Assembly (NCBI GenBank): GCA_004431415.1
Contig: QPMI01000523.1
Location: 1 to 64,000 of the forward strand
DNA from: Cyanophora paradoxa CCMP329
Lineage: Eukaryota > Plantae > Glaucophyta
DNA: 64,000 nucleotides
Direction of reading: 5' to 3'
Both the position numbers and the translations under genes were made by a program. Under the pieces are notes generated by a model. That model ran no database searches. It saw only the letters and a program-made list of their open reading frames with translations, and was not told where the DNA came from. This document shows, in pieces, positions 59,320 through 64,000 of this stretch; position 1 is the stretch's first letter; the number at the start of each line of letters is the position of its first letter.

Positions 59320-61782
59320 TTAGAAGTAGAGGTCGCGCTGGCCCTCGTCGATCTTCTTGAGCTTGCGCTCGAACGCGTGCTTGGCGCGCTCCGAGGGGAT
59401 GTGGCCCGTCTCCACCTCCAGAACCTGAGAAAGAAGAGAATAGACGGATCAGAACAGGCAGATCGCGGCGGTGATCGAAAGGAGGGAGGGGGCGGACCTT
59501 CTTGCCGATCTCGCGGGTGCGCTCCGAGGCGTAGTCGATGAGGTACTCCTCGAGCGTCAGCAGCGCGTTCGGGTGGCAGAGGGCCTGAGGCAGCAGATCA
59601 GCGGCGAAGTGGGATGGGAAGGGAGGCGAAGGAGGCTCGAACGGACCTGGATGTCGCCCTTCTTGGCGATCTTCATGAAGGCCTCGCCGGTGCGGCCCTT
59701 GCGGTAGCAGGCGGTGCACCAGGAGGGGACGAAGCCGAGCTCGAGGAGGTCGCCCACGACGTCGTCCAGCGAGCGGTGGTCCTGCAGCGTGAACTGCCCC
59801 GCCGCGTCCTTCGCCTCCTTCGGCGTGCAGGTCGCCGGCTGCGCCGACGGCTCCGGCCCCGCCGTGAAGTGCTCGTGCTCCGCCACCGGCTTCGCGCCGG
59901 GCTTGACCTGGTTCTGGTGGTACGAGCCGACGTCCGTCTTGGAGCCGGCGCTCATCTGGGAGACGCCGAGGCGCAGCAGCTGCCGCCGCATCTCCGGGTT
60001 CTCCCGCGTCGAGAGGATCATGCCGGTGTAGGGCACGGCGCAGCGGATGACCGCCACGAGCTTCTTGAAGTCCTCGTCGTTGACGGGGTGCGGGATGTTC
60101 ATCGCGTCCGGCGCCCCCTCCGCCGGCTGCATCCTGCGTAGCGAGCGCGCCGGCTCGACGCGGGCGGAAGAAGCGGGGGGAGAGAGCGGCGGACCGGGGG
60201 ATGGAGACTGTGTGCGGGCCGGCGCCGTAGGTCTGGTCAAGGTGCTGCGCGTGCTGCAGCATGGCGAGCGTCTCCCACTTGTAGTCGTGCAGGCCGTACA
60301 GCACGCCCACGCCTACGTCGTCGACGTGCGCGGTCTGTCCGAGCGGGCATCGTCAGCCGCGCGGCGTTGGCGAAGGATCGCGCGGGCGGGGCCGCCGCAC
60401 CTGAGCGCGGTCCATCGTCTGCACGCGCCACTCGTAGTCCGACTTGGGGCCCGCCGGGTGCGCGCGCGCGTAAGTCTCGGGGTGGTAGGACTCCTGCGCG
60501 AGGCGCGCGTTAGTGACGGCGCGTCTCCAGCGTGCGAGGCGGGCGTGGCTCGCCTGGAAGAGGGTGTACGTGCCGACGCAGTTGGTCTCCTTGAGGCGGC
60601 GGAAGTCGGAAACGGAAAGGGACGGGATCTCGACGTTGATGCGCCGGATCGAGCCGCACGGGTCCGTCCGGACTTCGGAAGCGATCTTGAGGGCCTGCGG
60701 CGGATGTGAGCTCGGCAAGGGTCGACGCGCAAGGCGAGGATCGCGCACATTGAGGAACTGATCGAAAGTGTAGCGCGGCGACTCGCCGGTGAGGAGCAGA
60801 AGGCTGCGGGGGCGAGAGCCGATCAGAAGAAGGCAGCCTCAGCCGCGGACGCCTGCGAACGCAAGCACCGGCGATGGCCCATGCGCTGCAGCGCCTCCAC
60901 CTCTTGCCGGAGTTCCTCGTCCGTGAGGACAGCACGGGGCATGGAAGTGTTCGGCGCGCGGAATGAACAGTACGTGCACGAGTTGACGCAGTAGTTGGCG
61001 CTGCGGGAGGCCCGCGTCAGGCGGAGCGCGGGAAGCGATCAAATCCCGCGGCCCGCGCCGCGCACATGTACAGCGGCGCGAAAAGGACGATGCGGTTGCC
61101 GTAGATCAGGTTCTTGATCGCGAAGGCAGTGTCATAAAGCATCTGCATGAGCTCCTGGTTGTTGGAGTCGACTTGCAGCAGAATCGCGGCTTCCTCCACG
61201 GTGAGGCCTTGCACGTACTCGCCGCTGCAGGAAATGACAGGAATGACGGATTCAGACGCAGGAAAGACCCAGGAGAGCCCGCTGTTTGCGGAATTGACTC
61301 GCGCACCCGCCGAGAGGCTGCATGCCGTGATCCTTGAGGAGAGCGCGATCCCGCGCGCGGCCGAGGATGTCTCGAATGACGCTCTCATCCTGCGGACGCG
61401 AGGCGTCCGCCCTCGTCAACGGACGCCTCGGAACGGCCACGTCTTCCGAGGCCGACCTTTGCGAGGGCCTTGGCACGCTCCAACGCGGCATCAATCTCCG
61501 CTGCGCGAATGATCTCATTCGCCGGCTTGAAGACGTGCTGGGCTGCAAGCGGGGGAAGCGTCAGAAACCCGAACAGGCGAGTGTATGCAAAAAGGGGGAC
61601 GTACGCTCGCGCTCCGGGCTGAAGAGGGATCCGCGTCCCTTCAAACCGGCCGTCTTTGCTGACATGAGACGCTTCGCCAGCGAGGGGAGGGTCCGTGCGA
61701 GGGCCGGTGCTATCGAGGATGCGATTCGGGGGGCGGCCGCGCCGGCCAGGGCGGCCGCGCGGGCTGTTGCTGCTGAGAGCAT
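59320..61782 (-). CDS. hydG: [FeFe]-hydrogenase maturase HydG (radical SAM), multi-exon, with N-terminal targeting peptide
   Basis: IYGNRIVLFAPLY, NYCVNSCTYCSF, IRRINVEIP, LFQESYH, GPHTVS, VPYTGMILSTRE, PSWCTACYRKGRTG...CHPNALLTL and GQRDLYF*. Confidence 0.95.
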
Positions 61783-61998
61783 TCTGGCTTCGCTTCTTCT
61801 GCGAGCTCGGGGCTGCTGTGGAGGCGATCCTGATCAATTGCGCGTTGGGAAATTCGGCTCGTCACAGCTGAATTGAGAAACCGTGTACCCGGCCGAGCGG
61901 CAACAAGCGGTCATCCAGAAACACGCCCGCCTCGCGCACCGAGGAGCGCACAGAAGCGACCGCACAGAGCACGAGAAGCGTACAAGCGAGCTGACGGG
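61783..61998. promoter_or_regulatory. Putative bidirectional promoter between hydG and hydE
   Basis: 216 bp between the divergent ATGs at 61782 and 61999. Confidence 0.6.
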
Positions 61999-64000
61999 AT
62001 GCTCGCGAGGACCGCGCCGGCGGCGGCCCAAACAGCAGGCAAGGCGCTCGGGATGACAGCCTGGGCGGCGGCCCGGGGCCTTCTGCGTCCGGGAGGCGGT
62101 CTGGGCGCGCTGCTTGTGCGGCGAATGTCATTCGATCCGAAGTTGGTTGGGGCGAAGCCCCGCAACTTCAAGCCCATCGAGGAGCGCATACGTACGCGCC
62201 GCCATGCGCGTCTCTGCATGCAGCTCCTCACTTTCGTGCAGTTCCTTTCGCCCGCTTCCTCGGAAAGCCCGATTTGAAGCCCGGCGAGTCCCTCGACCTT
62301 TCCCGAGATGAGCTGACGGCGCTGCTCACCACCACGGACGCGGTCAGCATTCCTCTAGATCTATTGATTGGATTGCAGCGTTTTCGGCGCCCGTCATGCT
62401 GCCGCAGGCGCTCGAGGCGTCTCTGTACGCGCATGCGAACTCTGTCACGGAGCGCGTCTTTGGCAACAAGGTCTACTTCCGCGGCATCGTCGAGTTCTCC
62501 AACGTCTGTCAGAAGAACTGCGAGTACTGCGGCATCCGGAAGAGCATGCCCGCTGCGCAGCTCCGGAGGTCGAACTCTCCCCGCCGCTGACTGGATCTCT
62601 CCTGCTGAGCCGCTCCGCATGCAGATACACAATGACGGCGGAAGAGATCGTTGACTGCGCGGAATTCTGCTACAGGCAAGGCTACGGGACGCTCATGCTC
62701 CAGAGCGGCGAACTGGATACTGAGCGGCGGCTGAACTTTGTCATCGACGTGATCAAGCAAATCCGCGAGCGGTGCGCGCAGCAATCGCTTCCTTCTACGA
62801 GCGGGGGCCGAGAGGGGGTCGCCGATCGGGGCGCGCGCAGGTGCCGGGAGCTGGAGCGCGAGCACCTGGGGCTCCCCGCGGACACGCCTCTGGACAAGCT
62901 CAAGGGCCTCGCCGTCGCGCTCTCGATCGGGGAGCTCTCCGCAGACAAGTACCAGAGGCTCTTCGACGCAGGCGCCGTCCGGTGCGCTTGCCTCCTCTCC
63001 GCAGCGAAGAGGGATCCCTACGGCCCCGCCTCCGCGTGACGCGCGCGCCGCGTTGCAGGTACCTGCTTCGCATTGAGACGTCGAACCCGGCGCTTTACGC
63101 CAAGCTGCACCCCGCCGACCACAAGTGGGAGACCCGCCACCGCTGCCTCCTGGTACCCCGCGTCCTCCCCCCCCGCGCGTCTCCTCTTCGCTCTCGCTGA
63201 CGGCTACGCGGGACGCGGCGGGCAGGACCTGAAGCGGATCGGGTTCCAGATCGCGTCGGGGGTGATGGTGGGGATCCCCGGGCAGACCTACCAGGACCTC
63301 GCCAACGACCTCCTCTTCCTCAAGGAGCTCGACGTCGACATGGTCGGCGTACCCCCGCGGCCGTTCATCCCCCCTCCCCTCTGAAACGCCCCCAGATCGG
63401 GATGGGCCCGTACATCTACCAGGAGAACACGCCCGTGGGCGAGCAGTGGAAGAAGGAGTTCGGGTCGCGGCCCAAGGACGTGCGCACGTACCCCCTCCCG
63501 CTGCGCGCCCCCTGGTCGCTGACTCGAAGGCGGCGCAGGACCACAACGCGTGGCTGCTCTCGACGGCCTCGCGCATGTACTCGCTCGCGCGCATCCTGAT
63601 CCCCGACTGCAACATCACAGCCACGACCGCCCTGCAGGCGGGCCCCCGCCTCGCCCCGCCCGCCCCCGAGCCCTCGCTTCTTGCTCTCTGAACGGACCGC
63701 TCGGCAGGCGATCCACCCGTCGGGGCGGGAGCTGGGGCTCAACCGCGGCTGCAACGTCCTGATGCCCATCCTGACGCCCCTCAAGTACCGCGAGAACTAC
63801 CAGCTCTACCAGGGCAAGGTGCCCCCGCCCGCCCCGAGCCCTCCATCCCCCTCCCTCGCAGCTCATCCCTCCCTTCCCCCCGCAGCCGTGCGTCGACGAG
63901 GGTGCCACCGAGTGCCGCAAGTGCCTTGTCTCCCGCGTCGGTGCTCCCCTTTGAGCCGATTCGATCCCCTACCCCCCCTCACCGTCGGCTTCGTTCGCAG
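61999..64000 (+). CDS. hydE: [FeFe]-hydrogenase maturase HydE (possibly a HydEF fusion), multi-exon, 3'-truncated by window
   Basis: VYFRGIVEFSNVCQKNCEYCGIRK, LQSGE, YLLRIETSNP, GVMVGIPGQT, MIGMGPYI, ATTALQA, GCNVLMP and YQLYQGKPC. Confidence 0.93.

Overview
Eukaryotic (protist or algal) genomic window: GC-rich host DNA with short spliceosomal introns, carrying two mobile elements. (1) A 5.9-kb PAT/DIRS-class tyrosine-recombinase retrotransposon (3886-9753, minus strand). Its split direct repeats divide it into two separately bounded units, one gag-only and one RT-RNaseH-MT plus YR. (2) An AT-rich 26.8-kb endogenous Polinton-like virus (PLV, 20214-46989) with ~860-bp TIRs and a GGTGAA target-site duplication. 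It encodes an MCP, two pentons, an A32 ATPase, pPolB, a PrimPol-SF3 helicase, a patatin-discoidin fusion, a giant fiber and AdoMetDC, but no recognisable integrase. It lies 2 nt from the end of a ~91-nt intron, just upstream of the acceptor AG, in a host SMCHD1/GMI1-like gene (GHKL ATPase plus SMC hinge). Each viral end is a nested 284-bp cassette with its own 28-bp inverted repeats, and an iteron hairpin occurs three times, with its spacer flipped in the internal copy. Other host genes are the 3' end of a hybrid histidine kinase, a type I membrane protein with about six repeated domains, an MFS transporter, and a divergent hydG/hydE pair with organelle-targeting presequences. Several single-base frameshifts fall in homopolymer runs and look like long-read consensus errors. 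All calls come from motif recognition by eye; no database searches were run.
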